A stretch of DNA of 64,000 nt, from the NCBI GenBank assembly GCA_013265495.1, contig MU057947.1, forward strand, positions 568,048 to 632,047, given 5' to 3'. This DNA comes from Vicugna vicugna. Lineage: Eukaryota. Positions within the stretch are counted from its first letter, which is position 1; the number at the start of each line of letters is the position of its first letter. Below the pieces are notes generated by a model. It had not been told where the DNA came from. It searched no databases and saw only the letters and a program-made list of their open reading frames with translations. Below are positions 23,481 to 37,165 of the stretch, in pieces. Both the position numbers and the translations under genes were made by a program.

Positions 23481-26400
23481 ACTAGCAGAGTCAAGGCCCT
23501 TGGCCACATGCGAGAATGAGCTTCGGGCAGCCTTTGCGGTGGTGAGTGACGTCCCACCTGTGGAACTGAGCAGGGCCCCACTCAGCTGACTGGTGGAATC
23601 GTTGTGGGGGGGTGACTGATGCTATCTGCTTCCGAGGGTGCCTGGGACCCCCCCCGCCAGAGTCCCTAGCACCAGATGTGTCCCACGGGTGCCCAGGCAG
23701 GGCGGGCAGAGGGACAGCGCCCTGCAGGACCCACGTCTCCGGGGTTGGCCCGCAGCCTTCATGTAATCAGAAACACGCGACTCAGGAACCAAAGGGAGAC
23801 GGTACCGCCGACGTGTGTGTGCGCTGGGGCGCGGGAGCGGGTGGAAAGGATGCAGGCACTGTTGTCACGTGGGTCCATCCAACATATGTGACTTCGTTCA
23901 CTGAGGATGGTGACAGGCTGCAGTAGGCGGGGATTCCCCAGGGACAGACAGGAATTTCTGTAACCAGCCTAATGAAAGCAAACCTGCAGAAAACAGAATA
24001 ACCCCCTCTCTGCCCTGCCCACTCCCCCCCAAAATCAAATAAAGCAGCTTTCGCAGTGACAAATTCAATTTTCACCCCAATTTTATGATACAGTGACTTC
24101 TCATGCTCCTGGTGCTGGACTGTTTCTTTCTTCCTTCTGGTTTTTTTTTTAATGTCTGTGTCGAGCGCATGGCCCGGGCGCCTCGGGGGGCAGGGACAGA
24201 ACCTGTGCCCTCAGGTGCTCAGCAGAGCCCGCCTTCCTCACACCGCCCCCTCCTCCAAGGGGGCCTCTCGTTGACAGGGCTGGTGCCTCCCTCTCGTGTA
24301 AACATCTGCCCTGTTTCCGCCGGGAAGTGTCAGCACCGCGCTGTAGGCCCTGGGCTGTCACCTAAGTGGTGTGTTTTATTCCCACAGCTGGAAAGAAAGT
24401 ACAGCAAGAACTCCCGTAACACGGTGTGACTGTGGGCCGAGAGGTACGTTTTGTAGAGGAGTGAAGAGTAAATTACATTCCTGCTTTATTGTGTTTGCGT
24501 TGACTTCCCCGTTCTGTTCAGAGTCAGCGTCTGCCGTTCGGGGTTGTTAACTGGAGGTGGCGTTAGAGCGACTGCGCGGCGGCACCCGACTCTCGTTGTC
24601 GTTCGGGCTGGTGGTCAGGACACTGTAGTGGCCCTGACAGAGAATTTCAGCGCTCGTGCACATAGACATCACCTCCAGCGCAAGGTTCCAGGTGCTCTGG
24701 GGTCTTTTCCATACGAGATACTTTTGTAAAAATAGGGCCTCACTGTTTGTTTTTCCTCTTGGTCTGTTCATCAAAAACTGCAACTTTATAGAATGTACTT
24801 CTGTGAGATGAACTGAACGCAAACTGTTCTTCAGAAAGCCTTATACATTTACCACGGATGCTGTGGGACGCAGAAGCAAGTACGTGTAATTTCCAGCGCG
24901 CAGACGTTGTCCCTACATGTGTGTTTCACGTGTAGCTCTGCTTCGCGGGGCAGAGGTGGGAGCTGCTGCTGGTGCATCCTGGGCCCTCTGCGGCTGTCTC
25001 TGGTCGGGCCACCTCGTCCTGGTGTCCACCTCTGCATGGGTGGCCTGGCCCTGTGCGTCCTGAGAGGCTCTGGGCACTCAGCCACCTTCCCAGGGCAGCA
25101 GGTTCCAGTGGAGCCAGGCACCCCCCTGCGCTGAGTTGTTTCCCAAAACATCCCAGAACCAAGCCCGTGGGCTTGGTGTGGAAACCGTGCCTGGATCCAC
25201 GTAGGTAGTGTCTGTCAGTCAGGAGGGCACCGGGCATGTGCTCAAGTCCACCCTGAAGTGTGGACCTCACAGCGCAGCCGGTTAGGAACCCCGGCTGGAG
25301 TGAGGCTGAAATGTGCAGGGGTGTCCAGATACTTGAAGAGACTTGATTCAAGGTAAAATCTCAGCTGGCTTCACACACCCTGGCAGGATGAGGGGACAGG
25401 AGTTTATTGTCAGCAAGAGATAGAACCTCGCCTTTCCTTGAAGGAGCCTGCGTAACCACGTCTATAAAGGCCAGAACCCCGACCCCACCAGTCCTCTCTG
25501 CCCTTCAGCGCCCTCCCCTCACCATGTGTCCCCAGGGGAGCCACGGGGGAGCGCTCCCACCCTCTCCTGCCCTCCGGCCGCACGTCCGGGCCCACCGGGC
25601 CGCGTGCAGCCGCACCTCCACGCCAACTTCCTGGTCCTGGGTCATCCAGCGTTCAGGGTTTCTCCTTCAGGTGGCTCGTGTTCCCCTAAAGGCACACTGA
25701 ACAATCCGGGCTCTCTGGACCAGCCGCTTTCCTCTGTGTTTAGCACACTGTGTGGACCACTCCGTGTTCTCAGTCTGTGAAAGTGCCTTTCTGAGTGTTG
25801 GCCTCCGTGGAAGCAGGTGTCACTGGGCTGGAAAAGTGAGTGCCGCCTCTGTGCACACCCCCCAAACACACACGTGCAGTCAGGGTGTGCCGTGTGCACC
25901 GTGTGAGTCTGGAATCGAGTGTTTTCTTTCCCTCAGCGGAATATCTCACCCTGGAGGCTCTCTGCGGCTAGTTACAGACGTTTAGGATGTTAGAATTTTC
26001 TTTCAAGTCGTCTCATGGTGAAGCACGAGGTTTTGAACTCCTTTTGCAGGCACAGGATGGCTGAGCAGTGCACGTCTGGTAACACAGTCGCCGGCACCGT
26101 TTGTGTGAGCGATGTCACCCTCCAGTTCTTCATAAAGGCTGTGCCTTCACACGGATGGTCTTCAGGGAGAAGTGGGTGGGTTGGCCTTTCTGCCACAGCG
26201 ACAAACAAAGCACATTCTCCATCGCGTGTGACCCAGCGGGTGCTGTCCCTCCTCAGGTCCCCAGGGCAGCCTTCACGGGAGGAGGTGTGTTTCTGGACAC
26301 ACCAAGAGTAATTCCACCATCTCTCTTTGTGCCCAGGAAATTATCCAGGAGTTGAGAAGGAAAACGAACGTCTGGGGACAAGTATGTCTGTTGATTAGTT

Positions 26401-29059
26401 TTCAGGGAGATGCCAAATAACGTGTCAGAGGGCCACCCATGTGCCCCACGCTGGCTCTGATGGCGGAGCAGTGGCCTCCACCAGGGACAGTCCGGGGAGA
26501 GTGGGCCTTGGTGGCCGCTGGTCCTTGGTCTGGTTAATCGCCGTGTCTCCTCCTCTGGCCAGCTGGCCGCGTCTGCCTCCTGCCTGCTCCTGGCCCTCGA
26601 TGGGCTGGGTTAATATGTAATTCTCCCAACATCGTCCCCCCTGACGGGCAACAGGTGCCGGCCCGGCTGCTGTCCATCCACATGAAAGGGCCTGGCCACT
26701 GTGGTTCCCTTTCCCTTTGATCTTCCTGCAGAAGGTCGGCTTGTCTGCCTGGAGATTCCTCTGAAGGGCAATTTAAAAGTTGGATTTGAGCAACATCAAG
26801 TGAAACGTCTTCCCATCTCACGCCGTGAGGGGCTCTTTGGTGTAGCTCATGGCTGTATGTAAGGAAAGATATTAACCCTTCCTTTGAAATCAGCTGTCTT
26901 GCAGGCTGAGCTTTCCATCTGCCTGTCTCCTTTGCTTTTAGGACAAATAACCAAAATATTTCTGTGCACATAAAGCTCCCAAGCCCATGAAGGCGAACTC
27001 ATTGCAGAGTTTGAAATTCATCCTGCGACTCAGTTACGTTTACTTTGTTAGTGTACGTACGGCTAAATGCGCTTGGACAGATGAGACACTCAGAACAGGT
27101 GGAAACAGAAGACAGAAGGAAGATGTTCCTGAGATGCTTTTCTCAAGGTGCCGTGATCAATAAAATAATCCATTTTTAATGTCGAGCTGGCAAGGGCTAC
27201 TAAATACCAATTACTGGATAAAGTGCTATCAGAAGGTGAAGTCAGTGTGTGAATTATTTCATTGCACTAACATGCTCATACGAAAGAAAAAAAAAGGCTA
27301 GGTTACTTCTGATGCTGTGTGTTTAAAAAAAATGACTCACGTTAAAAATAGTTGATGTATTTTGTGAATGTTTTAGAAAAGTGCATTGCTGTCCAGAAAT
27401 ACAGATGTATGCTTGTTTTGTTTGTAATGAAAACGGGAGGGGAGAAGACCTTGGAATCTCAAAACTGAGATGATAAAATGAAGCCGGGCAAGGGGTGGGC
27501 GGCTTGCATTTCCCGTTCATGTTTCTGGGTTGGTTCTGTTTCTTGACTTTTTCTGTTAGGACTTGACTTCTTTCTAACCAGTTTCCCCCCTTCTTAGGAA
27601 TTTGTAGCTCAACTGTGACAATGTGGCCCAAGATTTATGTGGTCCCATTTTAGGGTAGACGGTAATCTCCTTCAAGTACAGGGGTGAGGGTTTAGCTCTC
27701 TGGTTTCCAAACTGCTGTGTCATCCATCCTGCCACGTGTGGTTCGAGCGACAAGACTGAGGAGTGAAGGGTTCAGGGCAGGGACAGATCTGACAGGTGTC
27801 AGCTTCTAGAAGTTGTGCTGGTTGAGGGTACTTTACATTTATAACAGTGATGGCTCACCTGTGCATACAGTTCTCTGCACTTCCTGAGATTATAAAAGGT
27901 ACGCATGTTCAGTGCTGAAAATAAAAAGGACACAATGAGTCGTTCATGTCCCCGTCAGAGATGGAGCTTTTGTTTACGTCCGTCAGTCATGCCGGCTTCT
28001 GTTTCAAGCGGACAGTATGCAAACCATAATAAAACGCAGATCACAGCGCACACAGTGTAACGTGACACGCCTTTTCTACGGCCACGTGTTATTCCACGTC
28101 CTTAGCTATGACTTTATTGTTACTGCAGTAGCCTGTTACAGGTGTGTCAGCTTGTTTAACATAACTAATCACAGGGCGTTAAATTATTTAGGTCATCTTC
28201 ATTTTTAACTGTGCCAGATTTTACTGCTGTGCCGTCCTCGAAGTTAATTGCATGTAGGTTGCTTTCGAGTTGATAAAGCACTTTCTACCGTTGCCTCCTC
28301 TTGGACTGAAACAGAAGCCCCACGAGGCAGGGACGCCACTGTGTCACAAAGGAAGACTGAGGCTCCGAAGAATGAAAGAGTGTTTTGAGATGTAACCCCC
28401 CCCAGACAGGACAGAAATGCACACCAGCGGGCTTGGAGTTACCACGACTGGAGACCAGGCTGGATTTCCCCTCGACATCAGAGGTCCCTGCATTTGTCCA
28501 GGTAACGTCTCAGTGCCGCGTGTGCGTCGGGCGCTGCTCCGGGCTTGGGTGACAAGAGAGACCCTTGTGCGCTGCTCCATGCGGAAAGTGGGATGCTCTT
28601 AGGTAATTCGGGGAATATTTGTACTCACATCAGCGGTCGGAGGACAGGGTTCTTCACCCAGCCACCGAGAGCGGGTTCAAAGTATTGTCTTGTTCTGGGG
28701 GTGACTGGGTGCTCAGTGGGGAAGTTCTCACTTAAGGGCGAGCAGCCCCATGGCTCATGCTGCTGGGAGGACTGGCCGGCGCCAAGGAGAGCTGGGTGCA
28801 GGGGAGTAAGTCAGGTCAGGTAAGACGTCATCTAAATATGGCCCTTTGAAAATAACCAGTCTGCATCTCTTACAGCTGAAAATATTTTCTGAATGATGTT
28901 CTATGTAAATAAAGACAGAATGCCATTTTTCCTGCAATTAAATTAGGGGAAAATGTAAATTAAAAATATGCCGTGTATTCAAGGTTGGGCTGAAACCGGT
29001 CTGTTCTGACACAATGCTGCTGATCTGCGAACTGCTGTCAGCCTGTGACCAGACGCGCA

Positions 29060-29335
29060 CAGACGTAAAATGCTAAAACCCTGTGAGTCAGGACTCTCGC
29101 TCTGACAATGTCTTTTCTAGAGAAAACACAACACAGAGAAAAGGCTATATGCATTGCAGCATCGCTTATCATGGTGAAAAATGGAAACACACCTAAGTGT
29201 CCAGCGGTAGTGAAATCGTTTAGGAAACACCACCACGTCTGTGACACCGAACGTGGTCCGTGTCCAGATGCCTGTGCGGCCGTCGTCATGGCAAGTTAAG
29301 TGAGAAAGCAAGTTGAGACACTCAGTTTTATGTGC
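29060..29335 (+). mobile_element. Old L1ME-like 3' fragment
   Basis: CATTGCAGCATCGCTTATCATGGTGAAAAATGGAAACACACCTAAGTGTCCAGC matches the L1 ORF2 C-terminal region. Confidence 0.55.
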
Positions 29336-29647
29336 CTTCCAGCTACAGTCATGTTACTTGAGAAAGCGCAGGACGGGGTACTCCAGAGTGGCAGGGCTGT
29401 TGTTGCGGGGCTGAAGGTCAAGGGAGGGCCTGTTCTCCTGGTCTGCATTTAAAATTGTTATTTAATGCAATTTTATTACTTTTTAAGACTAGTGAGTTTG
29501 TTTCATAAAAATGGCACATATTTCTTTTTAAAATGTAAGCAATACAAGAAAGCAAACAAAACAAAGCATCTCCTGACCCCCCTCCAAAAAGAAGCAGTCT
29601 GATATTTGCTGACCGTCCTTCCAGAAATCGCCCTTTGTGTGTATTAA

Positions 29648-29865
29648 AGAGGTACTAGCTACTAGATACATATAATATATATATTATATATATGTAATAG
29701 ATTAGCGATAGGTCCTGCTGTGCAGCACAGGGAGCTATCTCCAATACCTTGTAATGGCCTATAATGAAAAAGAACATGAAAAGGAATATGGATAACTGAA
29801 TCACTGTGCTGTGCACCTGAAATGAACACAGCGTTGTAAATCAGCTATATTTCAATTAAAAAAAA
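29648..29865 (+). mobile_element. Short cetartiodactyl-type L1 3' end
   Basis: GGTCCTGCTGTGCAGCACAGGGAGCTAT...GATAACTGAATCACTGTGCTGTGCACCTGAAATGAACACAGCGTTGTAAATCAGCTAT followed by an A tail. Confidence 0.8.
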
Positions 29866-30089
29866 GAGAGAGAGAGAAACATGTACATAGATATTGAAGG
29901 GCAAATAATTTTAAAATCATATGGGTTTGCCTAATACAGCGTCAGCTATACCATCTGCAAAGAGCCGCGTAGTCACTGCTTTGGGCTCTGCCACCTGAGG
30001 TCTGTCCCACCTAGTCTCCTCTGCTGTCGTGCAGAAGCAGCCACGGACGACACGTGAGCAGTGAGCGAGGCTGTGTCCCAGGAAAGCGT

Positions 30090-31704
30090 TCCTGTTCTTC
30101 TTTCTTTGTTTAGATCCATGTTTCCGCCTGGCATCACTTCCTTCTGCCTGAGGATTTCCTTAAACACTTCCCGTAGAGGTGGTCTGCTGCAGGTGAATTC
30201 TCAGAGAGTTTTATGTCCAAAGAGTCTTCACTGCTCCTTGATGTTGAAAGATATTTTCACTGGGTGTAGAAACCTAGATTGACAGGATTTTTCCTTCCAA
30301 TACGTGATAGATTTTGCTCCACTGTCTCCTTTGCGTGCATTGTTTCCAATAAGAATTCTACTGCATGTCCTTACCTCTTTGTTCCTCTAACTGTTTATAA
30401 GGCTCCTTCTCAAAGATTTTGAGCAATTTGGTGATGATGAGTCATGTTTCTTGAACTTGGTTTCATTGACTGCTCTGGATCTGTGCATTTGTAGTTTCCA
30501 TCAAATTTGGAGATATTTTGGTTATTCTTCTTCAGATATGTTTTCTCTTTTCCTCCCTTCCAGAAACTCCAGTTCCACACGTAGAAGGTTTCTGGGACGG
30601 TCCCACAGCTCACTAATGTTCCTTCCTTCTGTCCTTTCTGGTTCTCCCTCCTCTGTCCCCATCCATTTTGGACAGTTTCTGTCAGCGTGCACTCATAGGC
30701 ACTAACCTTCTCTTCTGCAGTGTCTCATCTGCAGCCATTCCCATCCAGGGTATTTTTCATCTCTGATTTTGTAGTTTTTATCCCTAGAAGTTCTGTTTAT
30801 GTCCTTTTTTCAGGCATCCTAAAGTTCTAACTAACTTTTTGAACATCAGGAAAGTTACAAGAACTGTTTTTGTGCCCTTGCCTCACTCTCACGTCTGAGT
30901 TCTCAGTTGTTGTCAAGTGGCTGTTTCTTACCACGATGGGTCACGTTTCCCTGCTGTTTCCATGCCTGGTAATCCTCGCCGGATGCCTGGCATTGTGGGT
31001 TTTACCTCATTGGCTGCAGGATAGTTTTGTGTTCTAACAAATATTCTTGAGCTTCGTTCTGAGATGCAGTTAACTTTTGTGAACCTAGTTGATTCTTTTG
31101 GGTCTTGGCTTTAAAATTTGATGGGTCAGATTAGAGCAGTGTTCATCTGAGGGCCAACTGTTCCCCACCGAGGCAAGACCCGAGCGCCCTCCCTAACGCG
31201 CCATGAAATACGGAGTTTCCCGTGTGGCTGTAGGGGACAGGCATTGCCACCAGCCCTGCGGGAGCAACTGTAGTATTGTCTCGTCTTTCCTCGGTCCCGT
31301 GTTGTGCCCTCACGTGAAGTGCTGACGGTGTTCTGTGAGTGCTGTAGGGAGGCTCCACGGGTCTCTGGGGCCCTCTTCCTGTGCCACGTTCACTTCTGTC
31401 CAGCGGACTCTACCTGCCCAGGGCCTCTGGATTCCTCCTCCAGCGAGGGCAGCAGGCTCTCCCTGTGCCCCCTGCTCGCTAGTCAGTCACTGCGACCAGG
31501 AAGCTCTCAAGACCTGGCTCCGGGGCTGTGGTGGCATTCACCCTGTTCATCTCCCATCTCTCACTGGCCACTCTGCTGGACTGTCCAGTGTCTTAAACTC
31601 TTGCTTCATATGTGTTGTCTGTTTTTTCTTTTTTGTTTGCTTTAGGTGGGGGAATAAATCTTGTCCCTATTACTTGTTCTACATTGCCTGGAAACAGAAG
31701 TGCC
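30090..31704 (-). mobile_element. Old L1 5' portion (ORF1/5' UTR, L1ME-like)
   Basis: TTGAAAGATATTTTCACTGGGTGTAGAA and GTAGTTTCCATCAAATTTGGAGA, ending in GGAAACAGAAGTG. The minus-strand ORF at 30410-30613 contains an ORF1-like remnant. Confidence 0.7.
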
Positions 31705-32444
31705 AAGTGTTTTTTAAATCATTTTTAAGTCTACAACTTAGGGTTGTGCTAGTGCGATATGAAGGAGCTGGTTTCCCCTAAACTGCCCGCTACCTACTGC
31801 GCTTTTGCTTTGTTTCGCAGCGCTCCTCCTCGTGTGAGCTGGAGCGCACGCAAAGACACGGTCCGTGCAGACCAGGCCTGTGGCCCTCAGAGAACAGACT
31901 GGAAAAGCTTCTCACAGGCGGGTCCCCAGGAAACGCAGTGTGTCTGGCACCAGGACCTGGCTGGGGAGTGGGCTGTGTGTTCTCTGGGCCTCACACACTG
32001 TGAAGAAGGAGATTTGGTTTTCTGAGTTTCCCTTATATTTTTTTTTCTTTAAGTAGGGAGGGTTTTTAAGGTTCTTACTCCTAAGAAGTTCATCTGTGAG
32101 GAAAAATGTTCGTCATCACAACACTCTGCTCCGTGGTGACAGGTTTCTGTCGTGCAGGGACCCCACAGTGTACGGCGTCTTTTCAGTGGCGCCCGGGTTG
32201 GGGCAGTGGCTTACTCACCTGAACGGAAACCCTCCTGGTATTGCTGAGGGTGGGGTGTGTTGACACATCCCTGGCACGGATGCCAGTGCCCAGCTGGCAC
32301 TCAAGAAAGCACGGCTTTTAGGAAACTTGTCCTTGCTCATACCCCTGAGGGTGGGCCCCTGTGTCCGTGAGGCCCGGGCCCGACGTGGGGTGCGTTGCAC
32401 CTGCACAGCGTGTCTGGGCTGCTGTCGCTGAAAGCAGACCTGAG

Positions 32445-32635
32445 TGCTACTGTTTCTTCATTTTGAATCATACCTCTTACTTCTTTTTCTTTGTCTTGGC
32501 TTCTCTGGCTAAGATCCCTGGATGGCTTTGAATAGACGTTGTGGTGATGGGCATTCTTGTTCCTAAACTTAAAGGAAAAGCTTCCATTGTTGCACTGTCG
32601 ATTTACTGGGAGTTCTAGACATTGTTCCTTGGATG
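32445..32635 (-). mobile_element. Old L1 ORF2 fragment
   Basis: TTGAATAGACGTTGTGGTGATGGGCATTCTTGTTCCTAAACTTAAAGGAAAAGCTT is antisense to the L1 reverse-transcriptase region. Confidence 0.6.
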
Positions 32636-33480
32636 CCATTTCCCCCTAAAATCAAAGTCCTTTTTGCAAAGAGAACATTTTGTCTTCGTCAAGGCCATTT
32701 TCACGTTTGCATTTGTATGGAAATATTTAGGAAATATTATACGAGCAAAACAATTTAGATAGTCTTTTGAGTAAACCAGACACTATACAACTGAAAAGTG
32801 GTCCACAGACCCTCAGCTGCAGGTGATCAGTTGGGTCTTACACTCACTAGGTGACTGTTGGAAAATAGGGTTTTAATTACAGAGCTGAGTTTACATCGGC
32901 AAGCGCAGCTACACTTGACTTGTCGAAATCAGAGTCTCTATAAACCTGTGGGGTTTTCCAAGAGTTGCTTCTCTTGAATAAAAAGTGTTTTTGTTTCTCA
33001 CGTATTTTACACTTTCCGTGACCTGTGCCCCTCGTCACTAATTAGTGTGCTGTGGTTGGTAACATAATGTGCATCTGCAGACACCGCCGGGTGTAAGTGG
33101 GCTTCTCACTTCTTAATTCGTGCTGTGAGCCGTGCTCTTGTCTCCCCGGGGAGGCCTGGGCCCTTGAGCAGAAGACCGCTGGGAGGGGACAAGGAGCGTG
33201 TCTCACGCGCCTGGTGCAGCTGGGCCCGCGGCGTGCTCCGCTGGGGGCCCTCGACAGAGTGGGTGCCTTGTGTCGTGGGCTCTGCCTCTTTGCTGGAAGT
33301 CTTACGTCCCTGCTAACCGAGACATCTTGGGACCCCGGCTCCGTATGTGGTCCCGCCAAATGTTCGTGTACATCTTTATTCCCGCCGGCTGGATGAATCA
33401 TAAGGTCCGGAGCCAGGCGAGGCAGGGGACCAGCCCAGGGGGCAGCATTTGAGAAGGTGCTCACTCTCAGGTTTGTGGGG

Positions 33481-33874
33481 TGTTATGGACTGAGTTGTGC
33501 CCCCCAAGATGTATATGTTGGGGCTCTAGTCCTTAGTACCTGAGAGCATGACTGTATTTGGAAATAAGGCCTTTAAAGAGGTAATTAAAGTAGAATGAGA
33601 CTGTTGGGCTGGGCTTGATCCAGTCTGCCTGGTGTCTTACAAGAGGAGATGAGGACATGGATGCCAGAGGTGCTTGTGTGCACAGCCGGACGACCACACG
33701 AAGGGGCAGCAAAATGGTGGCAGTCTGCAATCCAGGGACAGAGGCCTCAGGATGAAATCGATTCTTCTGACCCCTTGAACTTGGACTTCCGCCTCCAGAA
33801 CTATGAGAAAAAAATAACTTTCTGTTGTTAGCCCAGTCAGTGGTGTTTCCTATGGCAATCCTAGCAGACCAGCA
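33481..33874 (+). mobile_element. MLT1B-like MaLR solo LTR
   Basis: Starts TGTTATGGACTGAGTTGTGCCCCCCAA; contains GTATTTGGAAATAAGGCCTTTAAAGAGGTAATTAA and TTGGACTTCCGCCTCCAGAACTATGAGAAA. Confidence 0.85.
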
Positions 33875-34269
33875 GGCAGATGCCAGCGTGGCCCTGCGCG
33901 ACCTGGAAGTTAGTGTCTGCTCAGCTTTGTCCTCAGCACGGCTCCTCGCTCACCCAGCCTCAGGCTTGCACTTTAGATGGACACACATTTCCTTAGTCCA
34001 GCAAAAGGTGATGGGTGGTGGTTGAAGGGGCAGGCACGCGAGCCCAGAGCCTCTCCATCACATACTCACAGGAGGAAGCATGCTACTGGTTCCACAAGCT
34101 GCATCTGTCTCTGAGCCACGGCAGTGTTGGAGGGGTTTAGACCAAGCCTGGTGGCCCGCCCAGCCTCTTCCCTGAGTGGGCTGCTTCTCTTCGAGGGTCC
34201 CCCGAGGACTAAAGAACAGCTGTTAACAACAGGTTCGAGTCTCCCATCGCACTTCTTTCCAGGAAGAAA

Positions 34270-36370
34270 TGCTTGACAGTATAATGGATGTAAATTTCCT
34301 GAAATTAAGAAAAAATGAAAGACCTCAGAGTAAAAGTCCCAGAGAATACCACAGAGCCGAGGGAAAGCCATGCTGACATCTGGATACATTACAGTGCAAT
34401 TTAAGAATGTCAACGAGAAAGCTCTGAAATACTGCAGAAAGAGAAACAAAGAGAGCACATGTGAAGGAGCAGGGATCACACTGACTTCAGATTTTCCAGC
34501 AGCAACACCAAACATAAGAAAACAGTGGAAGAGTGTCTTAAAGTGTTAAAGGAAACCAACTTAGAGAGTACAGAATTTCATATCCAGCTCAAACTCTAAA
34601 ATGTCAGGGCTTGATAAAAATATTCTCTTGTATATGAGCCCTCAAAAATGAAACAAAATGATTACAATAAATGTGAATGAACTAAACTCATCAGTAAAAA
34701 AGACAAAGATTGATAGACTGAATATAAATCTGCATGCTACTCACAAGGGACATATAAAACATTCAGCTTTAAGGGTAAATGAGTAGAATGAGCATACTAG
34801 GAAAATATTAACTAAAAGGAAACTGGGGTAGCCTGATTCATGTATAAAATAGACTCTAAGAGAAACTGTATTATTAGAGGTAAAAAGGGTTACTACATAA
34901 TCAATAAAACAAATAAAATGTATTAATGTAAACAAAATATAATAACACAAGTGAAAGGGAAAATATAACAATAGTTTTGAATCTTAAGAACAAATGAAGT
35001 ACCCATTTTAATAAATTAGGGGGAAAAAACCTTAAAGCTGAAGAAAAGATAAAATAATGGTAGAAATTAGCAAATACAAAATAAAAACACAGTAAATGAA
35101 ATCATAAATTGGTTCTTTAAAAGAAAAAATTTAGTTAAAAGTGAGACACATGAATAATATTATTAAGGAAAAGGAAAAGTAAGAAAGATCAGAGATGAAA
35201 AACTTAATAAAACATGATGTCTACAGGTATATACTGAAGTTTTGAAAACCTGGACAAAATTCACATGGCTCCAAAAAATTTTAGCCTAAATAAATGTTTG
35301 AATAATTCTGTAACTCCAAAAGCAGTAAAGGCAGTGGTTAAAATCCTCCCATAAAGAAACCACCTGACTCAGTTTTAATAGGTGATTTTTTCCTTTTCTG
35401 AAACATATCCCAATTTCACACTAACTTTTCCAGAAAATATAAGCTCATTCTGTGAGGTCAGCATAACCTGATGGGACTCAGACAGACACTCTGTGCCCAT
35501 GGCAGGTCTGTTTCACTCATTAAAATAGATGAAAAATATTCTCAACACAATTAGCAAATTAAATCTGACATTGTGTGGAAAAGATAGGTTTATTTCAGGT
35601 GTGCAAGAAATTAATCCTAAGTCTCTAGTAGCCGTATAAAGGGATGTTCAGCAGCGTTAGTGATTTCAGGAAATGCACATCAAGTTCCCAGCGACATACC
35701 ACAGCATTCACCTTCAGTGGGCCAAAACCAAGGGGTCCGACAGCGCCAACTAGTGGGAAGAGGTGGAGAATCACCATATATTGCCCATGGGAGTGCAGAC
35801 ACGCTGAACTTGGGACAAGAGTGTAGACCTGTGTACTGCACCTGAGCACTCAACTACTTACAGTTCCGCCAAGAGAAATTTTGCAGAAGCACAAGAGACG
35901 TACTAAAGGATGTTTACTGCAGCACTGTTCACCGTATCAGAATCGTGGAAACAGCTCACATGCCTATCAGTAGCAGGGATGCTGTGTGAAGCGGAGGAAA
36001 CTGTGCTCTGGTGAACCACAGAACATCCTTCAGTAGTCCAAGCACACGAACTGCAGCGATGGGCAACAAAGCAGATGAGTGTCAGCAACGCAAGTCTAAC
36101 CAGGAACCCCAAAGGACTGCATCTCATACAGTTCTTTTCTTAAATGAAATACAACCAAAATCTAAAATACACTTTGCAAAATCATACAGACGCCATAAGT
36201 TTGTTTTTAAAAGAAAGCAAGTGAGTAACAAACATAGTAATTGGGAGAGGGATGATCTCAGCAAGTGGATGGGGGCACAGGGGTCTTCCATGTGGATTGA
36301 CGGGAGTTCTAGCTTTTGTATAGGTGATGGGTTCATGGATATTCCATTCATTGTAAAATGTGCCATGGTC
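34270..36370 (+). mobile_element. Degraded old L1 (ORF1, ORF2 and 3' remnants)
   Basis: A-rich. ACACTGACTTCAGATTTTCCAGCAGCAAC (ORF1), ATAAATGTGAATGAACTAAAC (ORF2 start), GGTTTATTTCAGGTGTGCAAG (RT) and GGATGTTTACTGCAGCACTGTT (C-terminus). Confidence 0.7.
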
Positions 36371-36450
36371 CAGTGATGTGTGTCAGGAACCATGGGTTAT
36401 GATCGTGGATACATTTCTGGGTACCAAAGGTCCAAAGATACATGCACATA

Positions 36451-36840
36451 TAGTGTTAGGGTTCTCCAGAGAGATTTACATGATTATCTGTGTGCAGAAG
36501 ATATGTGCACATATGACATACGTGTGTGTGTATGTATGTGTGTATAAGAGATTTGAAGGAATTGGCTCACCTGATTGTAGAGGGTTGGCGAGCCCAGAAT
36601 CTGATGGGGTAGACCTGCAGGCTGGGGACTCGGGGGAAGCTGAGGTCAGTCCTCACTCTGTTCATCCTTTAGCTGATTGGATGACACCCATCCACGTCAT
36701 GGAGGGTTATCTGCTTTACTCAGAATTTACTACTTAAACATTAGCTTCATCCAAAAGCACCTTCACAGAGACATCTAGAACGTTTGACTAACTCTCTGGG
36801 CAGCGTAGCTCAGAGAAGTTGACCATCTGATAGCCACCAC
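36451..36840 (-). mobile_element. MLT2-type ERVL LTR
   Basis: TTAGGGTTCTCCAGAGA, AAGGAATTGGCTCAC and CTGATTGGATGACACCCATCCACGTCATGGAGGGTTATCTGCTTTACTCA. Confidence 0.8.
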
Positions 36841-37039
36841 CTGTGTCACTATTTAGCTTGCCTTCCGGTTGCTGTATCTCTGATTTTAGCTGACTTTATG
36901 TATCATATGACTTCTGTGCGGGGATCATTGCACGGACTATGCAGGGGGTCTGCTTACCTTCAAACCCTGCCTCTGCCAGCGTCTAGCGGGGTGGCCCCGG
37001 GCCAGTGTCCTAGCCATTCCGTAGCCCTGTCCTGACCTC

Positions 37040-37165
37040 TCGAGTGGGGGTGGTGCTATTTCCTGCTGTGGAGGCTTGTTGGGATGAAACTTCTTGCTAC
37101 TCTGACAGTTGGTGGAAGGGTGCCTGACACACGTGGTGAGCTTTACCAGTTAGTGATGGTAATTG
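37040..37165 (+). mobile_element. MIR 3' fragment
   Basis: GGCTTGTTGGGATGAAA...GTGCCTGACACACGTGGTGAGCTT resembles the MIR tail. Confidence 0.4.

Noticed and set aside
29668..29696. Near-palindromic TA-rich stretch
   Set aside because: Low-complexity (TA)n expansion within an L1 3' UTR.
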